Shown one piece after another: positions 17,479 through 26,118 of a DNA stretch of 32,000 nt (position 1 is the first letter of the stretch; the number at the start of each line of letters is the position of its first letter). The notes below the pieces were generated by a model. The model was not told where the DNA came from. It ran no database searches and was given only the letters and a program-made list of their open reading frames with translations. A program made the position numbers and the translations under genes. The stretch covers positions 2,640,001 through 2,672,000 of the forward strand of contig NC_007493.2 of the NCBI RefSeq assembly GCF_000012905.2, in the 5' to 3' direction. The DNA comes from Cereibacter sphaeroides 2.4.1. Its GTDB lineage: Bacteria > Pseudomonadota > Alphaproteobacteria > Rhodobacterales > Rhodobacteraceae.

Positions 17479-19460
17479 TCGGCGGCCACTCCTTCTTCGG
17501 CGGCGGCGGGCAACGCCACCCGGAACACGGTGCCCCCGCCCTCGCGCGGGCGGTGGGTCAGGCGGCCGCGGTGCATCTCGACGATGGTGCGGCAGATGTT
17601 CAGCCCGATGCCCATACCCTCGGCCTTGGTCGAGGTGAAGGCGTCGAACAGCCGGTCGGCCACCTCGGGCGCGATGCCGGGGCCCCGGTCGGCCACCTCG
17701 ATCACGGCGCGCGCGGGCCCGGGGCGGAGGCTCACGGTCAGCGCATCGACGGCTCCCGCCTCGCCCATCGCCTCGATGCCGTTGCGCATGAGGTTGATGA
17801 GGAGCTGCTCGAGCAGGATCCGGTCGGCGAGCACAAGCGGCGCGGGCGCCACGTCGACCGCGATCCGCACCCCGCGCACCCGCGCATCCGCCTCGAGGAA
17901 ACCGGCGGTCTCGCGCACGACCGTCGCCAGATCGAGCGCCGAGAACCGCGGCTCGCGCTTGCGCACGAGATCCTGGATCCGGCGGATGATCTGGCCCGCC
18001 CGGTCGGCCTGATGCGAGAGCTTGGCCAGCGCCGACGACAGAAGCGCCGGATCCGCCCGCTCCTGCCGCAGGAGGTTCGCGGCCCCCGCCGCATAGCTCG
18101 CGATGGCGGCGAGCGGCTGGTTCAGCTCATGCGCCAGCGTCGAGGCCATCTCGCCCAGCGTCACCAGACGGCCCGTCCGCGCAAGGCTCTCCTCCTGCTC
18201 GCGGGCGAGGCGGGCGGCGCGGCGGGCCTCGGTGATGTCGATGATCGAGCCCATCCAGCCGCGGTGCATCCCCTTCGCGTCGATCAGCGGCGCCTCGTAG
18301 ACCTGCACGTCGATCTCGGTCCCGTCGCTGCGGCGGAAGCGGGTCTCGAAGGCCTGCGGCTCGGCGCCGCCCACGGCCAGCGCCCGCTGGCGGCGCAGGG
18401 TTTCCTCGATCCGGTCGGGGGCCCAGTAGGGCATGGGCTGGTCGTGGCCGACCAGATCCTCGGCATTCCACCCCACGAGCTTGCAGAAGGCGGAATTGAC
18501 ATAGAGCACCCGCCCCGCATGGTCCTTGGCGCGCAGGCCCACGGTCAGGCTCTCCTCCATCGAGCGGCGGAAGGCCATCTCCTCGTTCAGCCGCAGTTCG
18601 GCCGCACGCCGCCGCTGCGCGTTGCGGTAAAGGGCGAGGAGCGCGAGGATCGCGAAGGCCGCCAGCCCCGCGATGGCCGCGGGCAGGAGGGCACGGGCGA
18701 AGGGCGCGGCCCCCTCGTAGGAGGTGATGCGCAGCACCGCGCCCGGAAGCGGCGGATCGAAGCTGATCGAATGGCTGGGGCCTTCCGGCTCGGGCGTCCC
18801 GCGCGAACGGCGGGCCCGCACCGAGTCGCTGCCGTCGAGCAGCCAGACCGCATATTGCTCGGCGATCCACCAGGGGATGTGTCGCTCGAGCATCAGGGGC
18901 AGCGAGACGGTGGCGGTGATGACCTCGTCCGAGCCCTGCGGCCGCAGGCCCATCGTCACCGTCTGCCCGTCCATCAGCGCATAGACCGGGCGGGCCCGGG
19001 CCTCGGCGCGCCGGAGCTGCGCGGCCAGCTCCTCGTCGGCGCGGGTGTCGGCGGGGCCCGGCACGGCCCGACGGATGCCGCCCTCCGCATCGTGCCAGAC
19101 GATCGAGAGGATCTCGGGATTGGCCGCGATATGGGCCCGTGCCCGCGCCTCGAGCACGGCGGGCGCCGTGCCGCCCGCCTCGTCCAGCCCAAGGCGCGCC
19201 AGCATGTCCTCGTCGACCGAGAGCTGGAAGCGCAGCGTCTGCTCGACCCAGAGCGCGTCGGTCGCAAGCTTGGTGCGGATCTGCTCGGTCTCGCTGCGGC
19301 CCGCGATCCAGACCGAGGCCGCCACCAGCGCCACCAGCGCGACGATGGCCACCAGCGGCATGAGCGAGAGCAGATCCACGCGGCCACGGTCCGCGGGCGG
19401 ATCGAGCGCCCACGGCTCGCTCGGGCGTGCGCCCGCCTGCCGGCCTGTCCGCTCTTCCAC
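17475..19460 (-). CDS. dctS: Sensor histidine kinase DctS (periplasmic sensing domain, PAS, HisKA, HATPase)
   Basis: H-box LAHELNQPLAAI and G-boxes DRGPGI / GMGIGLNICRTIVEMHRG. The stop overlaps the dctR start (ATGA). The start is uncertain. I favour the GTG at 19460, preceded by GGGAGGA, which gives 661 aa. The track ORF extends to 19772, across the dctP start. Confidence 0.85.
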   Translation of the reverse strand: MEERTGRQAGARPSEPWALDPPADRGRVDLLSLMPLVAIVALVALVAASVWIAGRSETEQIRTKLATDALWVEQTLRFQLSVDEDMLARLGLDEAGGTAPAVLEARARAHIAANPEILSIVWHDAEGGIRRAVPGPADTRADEELAAQLRRAEARARPVYALMDGQTVTMGLRPQGSDEVITATVSLPLMLERHIPWWIAEQYAVWLLDGSDSVRARRSRGTPEPEGPSHSISFDPPLPGAVLRITSYEGAAPFARALLPAAIAGLAAFAILALLALYRNAQRRRAAELRLNEEMAFRRSMEESLTVGLRAKDHAGRVLYVNSAFCKLVGWNAEDLVGHDQPMPYWAPDRIEETLRRQRALAVGGAEPQAFETRFRRSDGTEIDVQVYEAPLIDAKGMHRGWMGSIIDITEARRAARLAREQEESLARTGRLVTLGEMASTLAHELNQPLAAIASYAAGAANLLRQERADPALLSSALAKLSHQADRAGQIIRRIQDLVRKREPRFSALDLATVVRETAGFLEADARVRGVRIAVDVAPAPLVLADRILLEQLLINLMRNGIEAMGEAGAVDALTVSLRPGPARAVIEVADRGPGIAPEVADRLFDAFTSTKAEGMGIGLNICRTIVEMHRGRLTHRPREGGGTVFRVALPAAAEEGVAAE

Positions 19461-19599
19461 CCGTCCTCCCTCGCGCCGCCCCGCCTGCGACAAGCTGTCG
19501 TCCCTGCGGCCCCTTGCGGAAACCCACAATAGCGGCAGGCCGTCGCGACTGGCAAGGAAGGGCAGGACCGCCGGGAGGGCGGCACAGAGGAGGATACCC

Positions 19600-20604
19600 A
19601 TGTTGACCCGTCGCAGCCTCGCCGCTCTGGCAGGCGCCGCCGCGCTGGCGCTCGCCGCCGCCGTGCCGGCTCTCGCCCAGCCGATCGTCATCAAGTTCAG
19701 CCACGTCGTCGCCCCCGACACGCCGAAGGGCAAGGGCGCCACGAAGTTCGAGGAACTGGCGGAGAAATACACCGACGGCGCGGTGGATGTCGAAGTCTAC
19801 CCCAACAGCCAGCTCTACAAGGACAAGGAAGAGCTCGAGGCGCTGCAGCTCGGCGCCGTCCAGATGCTCGCCCCGTCGCTGGCCAAGTTCGGCCCGCTCG
19901 GCGTGCAGGATTTCGAGGTCTTCGACCTGCCCTACATCTTCAAGGGCTATGACGCGCTGCACACCGTGACCAACGGCGAAGTGGGCAAGATGCTGTTCTC
20001 GAAGCTCGAGGACAAGGGCATCAAGGGCCTCGCCTACTGGGACAACGGCTTCAAGATCATGTCGGCCAACAGCCCGATCGCCACGCCCGACGACTTCCTC
20101 GGGCTGAAGATGCGCATCCAGTCCTCGAAGGTGCTCGAGGCGCAGATGAACGCGCTCGGCGCGGTGCCGCAGGTCATGGCCTTCTCCGAGGTCTATCAGG
20201 CGCTGCAGACCGGCGTCGTGGACGGCACCGAGAACCCGCCCTCGAACATGTATACCCAGAAGATGCACGAGGTGCAGAAGCACGCCACGGTCTCGAACCA
20301 CGGCTACCTCGGCTATGCGGTGATCGTGAACAAGCAGTTCTGGGACGGCCTGCCCGAAGAGGTGCGCGCCGGGCTCGAGAAGGCGCTGACCGAAGCCACC
20401 GACTATGCCAACGGCATCGCCAAGGAAGAGAACGACAAGGCGCTGCAGGCGATGAAGGACGCGGGCACGACCGAGTTCCACGAGCTGACCCCCGAAGAGC
20501 TCGCGGCCTGGGAAGAGGTGCTCGCCCCCGTCCATGAGGAAATGGCCGGCCGCATCGGTGCCGAGACCATCGCCGCCGTGAAGGCCGCGACCGGGACCAA
20601 CTGA
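19600..20604 (+). CDS. dctP: TRAP transporter C4-dicarboxylate-binding periplasmic protein
   Basis: Signal peptide MLTRRSLAALAGAAALALAAAVPALA followed by DctP-family sequence (IKFSHVVAPDTPKGKGA ... ENPPSNMYTQKMHEVQK). AGAGGAGGA lies upstream of the ATG. Confidence 0.92.
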   Translation: MLTRRSLAALAGAAALALAAAVPALAQPIVIKFSHVVAPDTPKGKGATKFEELAEKYTDGAVDVEVYPNSQLYKDKEELEALQLGAVQMLAPSLAKFGPLGVQDFEVFDLPYIFKGYDALHTVTNGEVGKMLFSKLEDKGIKGLAYWDNGFKIMSANSPIATPDDFLGLKMRIQSSKVLEAQMNALGAVPQVMAFSEVYQALQTGVVDGTENPPSNMYTQKMHEVQKHATVSNHGYLGYAVIVNKQFWDGLPEEVRAGLEKALTEATDYANGIAKEENDKALQAMKDAGTTEFHELTPEELAAWEEVLAPVHEEMAGRIGAETIAAVKAATGTN

Positions 20605-20621
20605 CCCATCCGACCTCTCCC

Positions 20622-20646
20622 GGGCAGCCGGCCGCGCCGGCTGCCC
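20622..20646 (+). terminator. Intercistronic stem-loop GGGCAGCCGG-N5-CCGGCTGCCC between dctP and dctQ
   Basis: Perfect 10-bp inverted repeat followed by a C/T-rich tract. Its position is typical of partial terminators or stabilisers downstream of SBP genes. Confidence 0.6.
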
Positions 20647-20689
20647 GCCTTTCCCTTTCCCGCAACATCCTAGCCACAGGAGGCCCGCC

Positions 20690-21373
20690 ATGATGCGCCT
20701 TCTCGACCGGCTGGAGGAAACGCTCATCGCCTCGCTCATCGCGGCGGCGACAGGGCTGATCTTCGTCTCGGTCGTCCAACGCTATTCGCTGGGCCTTCTG
20801 GCCGATGGCGTGGCCTTCTTCCGTGGCCACGACATGCCCGAGCTCTCGGCCATGATGCGCAGCGCCTATCTCGGCCTGCGCGAGTTCAACCTCGTCTGGG
20901 CGCAGGAGCTCTGCATCATCCTGTTCGTCTGGATGGCGAAGTTCGGCGCGGCCTACGGGGTGCGGACCGGCATCCATGTCGGCATCGACGTGCTCATCAA
21001 CAAGCTCGACGAGCGCAAGCGCGGCTTCTTCATCCTGCTGGGTCTCGGGGCGGGCGCGCTCTTCACCGGGATCATCGCGACGCTCGGCGGCAATTTCGTC
21101 TGGCACATGGCCCAGACCAGCGCGATCTCGCCCGATCTCGAGCTGCCGATGTGGCTCGTCTATCTGGCGATCCCGCTCGGCTCGGCGCTGATGTGCTTCC
21201 GCTTCCTGCAGGTGGCGGTGATCTTCGCGCGCACGGGCGAGCTGCCCCATCACGACCATGGCCATGTCGAGGGCGTGGACACAGAGGACGAGGGGATCGA
21301 CGTGCTCGGCAGCACCTTCCTCAAGTCGCCGCTGACGCCGCGCGACCTCGTCGAGAAGCCGAAGGACGAATGA
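20690..21373 (+). CDS. dctQ: TRAP transporter small permease
   Basis: 227-aa protein with four predicted TM segments, in the dctP-Q-M order. ACAGGAGG lies upstream. Confidence 0.9.
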   Translation: MMRLLDRLEETLIASLIAAATGLIFVSVVQRYSLGLLADGVAFFRGHDMPELSAMMRSAYLGLREFNLVWAQELCIILFVWMAKFGAAYGVRTGIHVGIDVLINKLDERKRGFFILLGLGAGALFTGIIATLGGNFVWHMAQTSAISPDLELPMWLVYLAIPLGSALMCFRFLQVAVIFARTGELPHHDHGHVEGVDTEDEGIDVLGSTFLKSPLTPRDLVEKPKDE

Positions 21374-21374
21374 G

Positions 21375-22700
21375 ATGAACGCAGCCCTCATCTTCGGCGG
21401 TCTCATCGCCCTCATGCTGACCGGCATGCCGATCTCGATCGCGCTCGGCCTGACGGTTCTGACCTTCCTCTTCACCATGACGGCCGTGCCGATCGACACG
21501 GTGGCGCTGAAGCTCTTCACCGGCATCGAGAAGTTCGAGATCATGGCGATCCCGTTCTTCATCCTCGCGGGGAACTTCCTGACCCACGGCGGGGTGGCGC
21601 GGCGGATGATCGCCTTCGCCACCTCGATGGTGGGCCACTGGCACGGGGGCCTCGGCCTCGGCGGCGTCTTCGCCTGCGCCCTCTTCGCCGCCGTCTCGGG
21701 CTCTTCGCCCGCGACCGTGGTGGCCATCGGCTCGGTCATCCTGCCCGCCATGGTGGCGCAGGGCTTCCCCACCCGCTTCGGCGCGGGCGTCATCACCACG
21801 AGCGGCGCGCTCGGCATCCTGATCCCGCCGTCCATCGTGATGGTGATGTATTGCGTGGCCACCTCGGGGATGATGGTCGAGGGGCCGGACGGCACCATCG
21901 TCGATGCGGCCTCGGTGGGCGAGATGTTCATCGCGGGCGTGATCCCGGGGATCATGCTGGCGGGCGCGCTCGCCCTCACCACCTGGTATCGGGCCTGGAA
22001 GAACGACTATCCCCGCCTGCCGAAGGCCAGCTGGGGCGAACGCTGGCAGGCCTTCCGCCGGGCGATCTGGGGCCTCCTGCTCATCGTGATCGTGATGGGC
22101 GGCATCTATACCGGCACCTTCACCCCCACCGAAGCCGCCGCCATGAGCGCCGTCTATGCCTTCGTGATCGCGGTCTTCGTCTACAAGGACATGGGGCTCA
22201 GGGACGTGCCGCGGGTGCTGCTCGCCTCGGCCAACATGTCGGCGATGCTGCTCTACATCATCACCAATGCGGTGCTGTTCAGCTTCCTGCTCACGCACGA
22301 GAACATCCCGCAGGCGCTCGGCCAGTGGATGGTGGATTCGGGCCTGACCTGGTGGATGTTCCTCATCGCGGTGAACATCATCCTGCTCGCGGCCGGCAAC
22401 TTCATGGAGCCCTCCTCCATCGTGCTCATCATGGCGCCGATCCTGTTCCCGGTGGCCGTGCGGCTCGGGATCGACCCGGTGCATTTCGGGATCATGATCA
22501 TCGTGAACATGGAGGTCGGCATGTGCCACCCGCCCGTGGGGCTGAACCTCTATGTGGCCTCGGGCATCACCAAGATGGGCATCACCGAGCTCACCATCGC
22601 GGTCTGGCCGTGGCTGCTGACGATGCTGGCCTTCCTCCTGCTCGTGACCTACGTCCCGCAGATCTCGCTCTTCCTGCCGCATCTGCTGGGCATGCGCTGA
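21375..22700 (+). CDS. dctM: TRAP transporter large permease
   Basis: 441-aa polytopic DctM-family protein. Its start lies 1 nt after the dctQ stop. Confidence 0.92.
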   Translation: MNAALIFGGLIALMLTGMPISIALGLTVLTFLFTMTAVPIDTVALKLFTGIEKFEIMAIPFFILAGNFLTHGGVARRMIAFATSMVGHWHGGLGLGGVFACALFAAVSGSSPATVVAIGSVILPAMVAQGFPTRFGAGVITTSGALGILIPPSIVMVMYCVATSGMMVEGPDGTIVDAASVGEMFIAGVIPGIMLAGALALTTWYRAWKNDYPRLPKASWGERWQAFRRAIWGLLLIVIVMGGIYTGTFTPTEAAAMSAVYAFVIAVFVYKDMGLRDVPRVLLASANMSAMLLYIITNAVLFSFLLTHENIPQALGQWMVDSGLTWWMFLIAVNIILLAAGNFMEPSSIVLIMAPILFPVAVRLGIDPVHFGIMIIVNMEVGMCHPPVGLNLYVASGITKMGITELTIAVWPWLLTMLAFLLLVTYVPQISLFLPHLLGMR

Positions 22701-22744
22701 CCGCGAAGGTCCGGCGCCTTGACGGAGAACCCGGACGCCTGCCG

Positions 22745-22772
22745 ACGGAAGTCGGCAGGCGTTCGACATTTG
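22745..22772. terminator. Hairpin ACGCCTGCCGAC-GGAA-GTCGGCAGGCGT between convergent dctM and the enoyl-CoA hydratase gene
   Basis: Perfect 12-bp inverted repeat with a GGAA tetraloop. Confidence 0.7.
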
Positions 22773-22825
22773 CAGGGGGGCGCCTCCTCGGGCCCGGTCT
22801 TCCGAAAGGCCCCGAGGCGCGGGCC

Positions 22826-23446
22826 TCAGGCCTCCGCGATCATCGCCTTGATGGCCGCGCCATGGCCGTCCTTCGCGCCGAGCGCATCGGCCGCCAGCGC
22901 CGCGGCCTCGGCCAGAAGCGCCTCGGGCGCCACGATCCGGTCGAGAAGACCCCAGGCCAGCGCCTCCTCGGCCGAGGCCTTCACGCCGCCCATCAGGATC
23001 ATCTTGGCCCGCGCGGGCCCCGCCAGCGCCTTCAGCCGCCGCACGTCCGACGGCTGCGGCCGGAAGCCGAGCTTCATCACCGGATAGAAGAGCTTCGTTC
23101 CCGGCACGGCGATCCTCAGATCGCAGGCGAGCGCCATCCCCATGGCCCCGCCCGCCAGCGTGCCATTCAGCGCGGCGACGGTCAGGCAGGGCAGAGCCGC
23201 CACCGCCGCCGACACGCGCTCCCACACCGGGTCGACCGCGAGCCCCGCCCGCGCCTCGTCGAGATCGGCCCCGGCCGAGAAGACGCGCCCCTCGCCGGTC
23301 AGGACCAGCGCCCGCACGCCGTCGGCCGCGGCCTGCGCCACCGCCGCCTCGATCTCGAGCAGCATGGCCTTCGTCAGCGCATTGGCCTTGTCCGGCCGGT
23401 CGAGCGTCAGGGTCCGAAGCCCCTCCGCCTCCGCGATGCGGATCAT
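22826..23446 (-). CDS. Enoyl-CoA hydratase/isomerase (crotonase) family protein
   Basis: The last 206 aa of track ORF 22826..24247 carry the crotonase motif: MIRIAEAEGLRTLTLDRPDKANAL ... VLTGEGRVFSAGADL. The ATG at 23446 overlaps the upstream stop (ATGA). Confidence 0.85.
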   Translation of the reverse strand: MIRIAEAEGLRTLTLDRPDKANALTKAMLLEIEAAVAQAAADGVRALVLTGEGRVFSAGADLDEARAGLAVDPVWERVSAAVAALPCLTVAALNGTLAGGAMGMALACDLRIAVPGTKLFYPVMKLGFRPQPSDVRRLKALAGPARAKMILMGGVKASAEEALAWGLLDRIVAPEALLAEAAALAADALGAKDGHGAAIKAMIAEA

Positions 23447-24195
23447 GCGCCGAGCCCCACCGCCCGCCGGATCGCCTCGTCGCGCAGCGAGATCTCCTGC
23501 CCGAGCCACTTGTCCGCGCCCGGGCCGCACATCCACAGAAGCGCCTTCGCCGGCCAGTCGGCCGGGATATGGACCGAGGGATCGAGACGGCTCACCGGGT
23601 TGATGCCGCTCTCGCGGATCTTGTCCTGCATCTCGGTCGCGACCGTCCCGGGCGACAGGCCCAGGATGCGGATGCGGTGGACCGCCTCCTCGAGATGGGC
23701 GCAGCGGGTCAGCATGGCCGCGCCCGCCTTCGAGCTGCAATAGGCGCTCCAGCCCTCGAGCGCATTCTGCGCCGCGCCGGAACTCACGGTGATGATGGTG
23801 CCGCCCCTGGCGCGCATGTACGGCACCGCCGCCCGCATCCCGTGGAAGACGCCCTTGAGGTTGACGTCGATGGCGCGGTCCCAGGCGTCGGGATCGGCAT
23901 CCGCCAGCCGCGCGATGGGCTCGATCACGCCCGCATTGTTGATGAGCACGTCGATCCGGCCCGCCGTCTCGACCACCCGGTCGATCGCCGTCTGCACCGA
24001 GGCCCGGTCGGCCACATCGCAGGTCAGGGCGAAGGCGCCCTGCCCCGCCTCGGCCGCCAGCGCCTCGATCTCGGCCCCGCTGCGGGAGAGGAGCGCGACG
24101 CGCGCGCCCGCCGCCGCGAAGACGCGCACCGCGGCCGCTCCGATCCCGCGGCTGGCCCCGGTGATTGCCACGACCTTGCCCTGCATGTTGCCCAT
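23443..24195 (-). CDS. Short-chain dehydrogenase/reductase (classical SDR)
   Basis: Motifs ITGASRGIG, NNAG and YCSSK. The ATG at 24195 lies 7 nt after AAGGAG; an alternative ATG is at 24186. Confidence 0.88.
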   Translation of the reverse strand: MGNMQGKVVAITGASRGIGAAAVRVFAAAGARVALLSRSGAEIEALAAEAGQGAFALTCDVADRASVQTAIDRVVETAGRIDVLINNAGVIEPIARLADADPDAWDRAIDVNLKGVFHGMRAAVPYMRARGGTIITVSSGAAQNALEGWSAYCSSKAGAAMLTRCAHLEEAVHRIRILGLSPGTVATEMQDKIRESGINPVSRLDPSVHIPADWPAKALLWMCGPGADKWLGQEISLRDEAIRRAVGLGA

Positions 24196-24318
24196 TGCGC
24201 TGCTCCTTCCCTGGCCTTCTGACAAACGTGTTAGCCGATCCTTGCATTCGACGGAAAGGCTTGACCCTCCAGGACCCACGGAAGAATGTGGGCCGATTGT
24301 TCGCGTTGGGGAAGGCAT

Positions 24319-25848
24319 ATGACGTATTTCAGCACACTGGCAGGCACCACCGCTCTGGCGACGCTGGTTGCGGCGGGATCGGCGCAGGCCGATGTGACGC
24401 CCGAGCAGGTGTGGCAGAGCTGGCAGGAGCTCGGCGCCACCTACGGCCAGACCCTGACCGCCGCGAACCAGAGCCGGACGGGCGACACGCTGAAGCTGCA
24501 GGATGTGCGGATGCATTTCGCGCAGGACGGCACCGTGGTCGAGGGCACGATCCCCGAGGTGAACCTGACGCAGCGCGGCGACGGCACGGTGGAGATCACC
24601 ATGTCGCCGGAGTTCCCCGTCGAGATGACGATCCCGAACGAGCCCGATGCCGAAAATCCCGCTCCCGAGCCGACCGAGCTCGCGCTGGCCCTGCGCCAGC
24701 CCGGCATGGTGATGGTCGCGGGCGGCGACGATCTGGCCACCACGCTCGCCTTCGACGCGCCCTCGACCACCATCGCCGTCACGGAAGTGGACGGCGTCTC
24801 GGCCCGCGAGATGAACCTCACGGCCGAGATGACGATGAGCGACGTGGCCGGCACCTACCGCACCGAGGGCACCGACACGCGCTCCATCACGAACGACTTC
24901 ACGGCCGCGGTGGCCGAGATGACCTTCGCGATGACCGACCCCGAGACGAAGGGCAAGGTCAATGTCCGCGCCAGCGCCACCGACCTCAAGGGCACCTCCA
25001 GCGGGAAAATGGTGGGCACGCTCGGCATGGCCGACATGGCGGCGGCGCTGCAGGCGGGGGCGGCCTCGACCGGCAGCTTCACCTATGGCCCGGCCACGCT
25101 CGAGTTCGACTTTGCCGATGCGACCGACAAGGGCAAGGGGTCGGCCAGCGCCGCGGGCGGCAATCTCGACGTGTCGATGAGCGGCGACAGCCTTTCCTAC
25201 GGCGGCGGGACGAAGAATGTGAGCCTCACCCTCAGCGGCAGCCAGATCCCGTTCCCGCAGTTCAACATGAGCTACGCCGAGGCCGCCTTCCAGCTGCTGA
25301 CGCCGGTCACGACCTCCGAAGAGCCGCAGGACTTCCGCCTGCTCACCCGGCTCGTCAACTTCAAGGTCTCGGACGAGATCTGGGCCATGTTCGATCCCCA
25401 GGCGCAGCTGCCGCGGGATCCGGCGACGCTGGTGCTCGATGCCAAGGGCAAGGCGCGGCTCGACATCGACCTGCTCGATCCCAAGCAGGTCGAGACGCTG
25501 GGCGAGAAGGCCCCGGGCCAGATCGAGGCGCTCGATCTGGATCAGCTGCAGCTCACGATCGCGGGCGCGGACCTGACCGGCGACGGCAGCCTCACCTTCG
25601 ACAACAGCGACACGACGACCTTCGGCGGCGTGCCTGCGCCCACGGGACAGATCGACCTGAAACTGGTGGGTGGCAACGCCCTGATCGACAAGCTGGTCAG
25701 CATCGGGATCGTGCCGCAGGATCAGGCGATGGCCGCGCGCATGATGCTCGGCCTTTTTGCCCGTCCGGGCGAGGGCGAGGACACGCTGACCTCGACGCTC
25801 GAGTTCAAGGACAAGGGCTTCTACGCCAACGGCCAGCGCCTCCAGTAA
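24319..25848 (+). CDS. Secreted protein of unknown function (possibly DUF2125 family)
   Basis: Signal peptide MTYFSTLAGTTALATLVAAGSAQA. The rest is a 509-aa acidic Thr/Gly/Asp-rich protein with no catalytic motif that I recognise. The family assignment is from memory only. Confidence 0.6.
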   Translation: MTYFSTLAGTTALATLVAAGSAQADVTPEQVWQSWQELGATYGQTLTAANQSRTGDTLKLQDVRMHFAQDGTVVEGTIPEVNLTQRGDGTVEITMSPEFPVEMTIPNEPDAENPAPEPTELALALRQPGMVMVAGGDDLATTLAFDAPSTTIAVTEVDGVSAREMNLTAEMTMSDVAGTYRTEGTDTRSITNDFTAAVAEMTFAMTDPETKGKVNVRASATDLKGTSSGKMVGTLGMADMAAALQAGAASTGSFTYGPATLEFDFADATDKGKGSASAAGGNLDVSMSGDSLSYGGGTKNVSLTLSGSQIPFPQFNMSYAEAAFQLLTPVTTSEEPQDFRLLTRLVNFKVSDEIWAMFDPQAQLPRDPATLVLDAKGKARLDIDLLDPKQVETLGEKAPGQIEALDLDQLQLTIAGADLTGDGSLTFDNSDTTTFGGVPAPTGQIDLKLVGGNALIDKLVSIGIVPQDQAMAARMMLGLFARPGEGEDTLTSTLEFKDKGFYANGQRLQ

Positions 25849-25855
25849 GCTCGGC

Positions 25856-25877
25856 GCCCCCGCCCTGCGGCGGGGGC
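25856..25877 (+). terminator. Hairpin GCCCCCGCC-CTGC-GGCGGGGGC
   Basis: Perfect 9-bp inverted repeat lying 8 nt after the TAA stop at 25846..25848. Confidence 0.55.
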
Positions 25878-25933
25878 GGCCCTCCATTCCGCGGGATCGC
25901 GGCCCCGCGCCACGGCGCACCTCTCTGGCCCGG

Positions 25934-26029
25934 CCGTCCCATCGGGCAGTCTGCGCGCCTTCCGATCAGTCCGACCGAACGCCGTTCCATCAGACAGACC
26001 GCGCGCCGTCCCATCGGCGCGCACCTCTT
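25934..26029. repeat. Four contiguous degenerate 24-bp tandem repeats (CCKTYCSATCRG + N12)
   Basis: The four units are CCGTCCCATCGGGCAGTCTGCGCG, CCTTCCGATCAGTCCGACCGAACG, CCGTTCCATCAGACAGACCGCGCG and CCGTCCCATCGGCGCGCACCTCTT, read directly. Confidence 0.75.
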
Positions 26030-26118
26030 CCCGACGGAACGTCGGTTCCTGCGGCTCCGGCGCTTGTCACGACGGGCGCGCCCGATTACCTCGGGACGGA
26101 ACCCAGAGGAGCCAGCCC

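Noticed and set aside
19599-19772. Upstream starts for dctS (ATG at 19601, or the track start at 19772)
   Set aside because: They would make dctS overlap the dctP start and RBS, and would add an Ala/Arg-rich N-terminus that looks like translated promoter DNA. The GTG at 19460 has a proper SD.
18127-20739. 870-aa ORF on the minus strand spanning dctS and dctP
   Set aside because: It is out of frame with the recognisable DctS kinase motifs and antisense to dctP. Its composition is low-complexity Arg/Gly/Ala.
23447-24247. The N-terminal 267 residues of the 473-aa ORF 22826..24247
   Set aside because: This part is an alternative frame of the SDR gene and is Arg/Gly-rich. The crotonase homology begins at the ATG at 23446, which is ATGA-coupled to the SDR stop.
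25934-26029. CRISPR-like interpretation of the 24-bp repeats
   Set aside because: The units are contiguous with no unique spacers, only the 12-nt heads are conserved, there are only four copies, and no cas genes are present.
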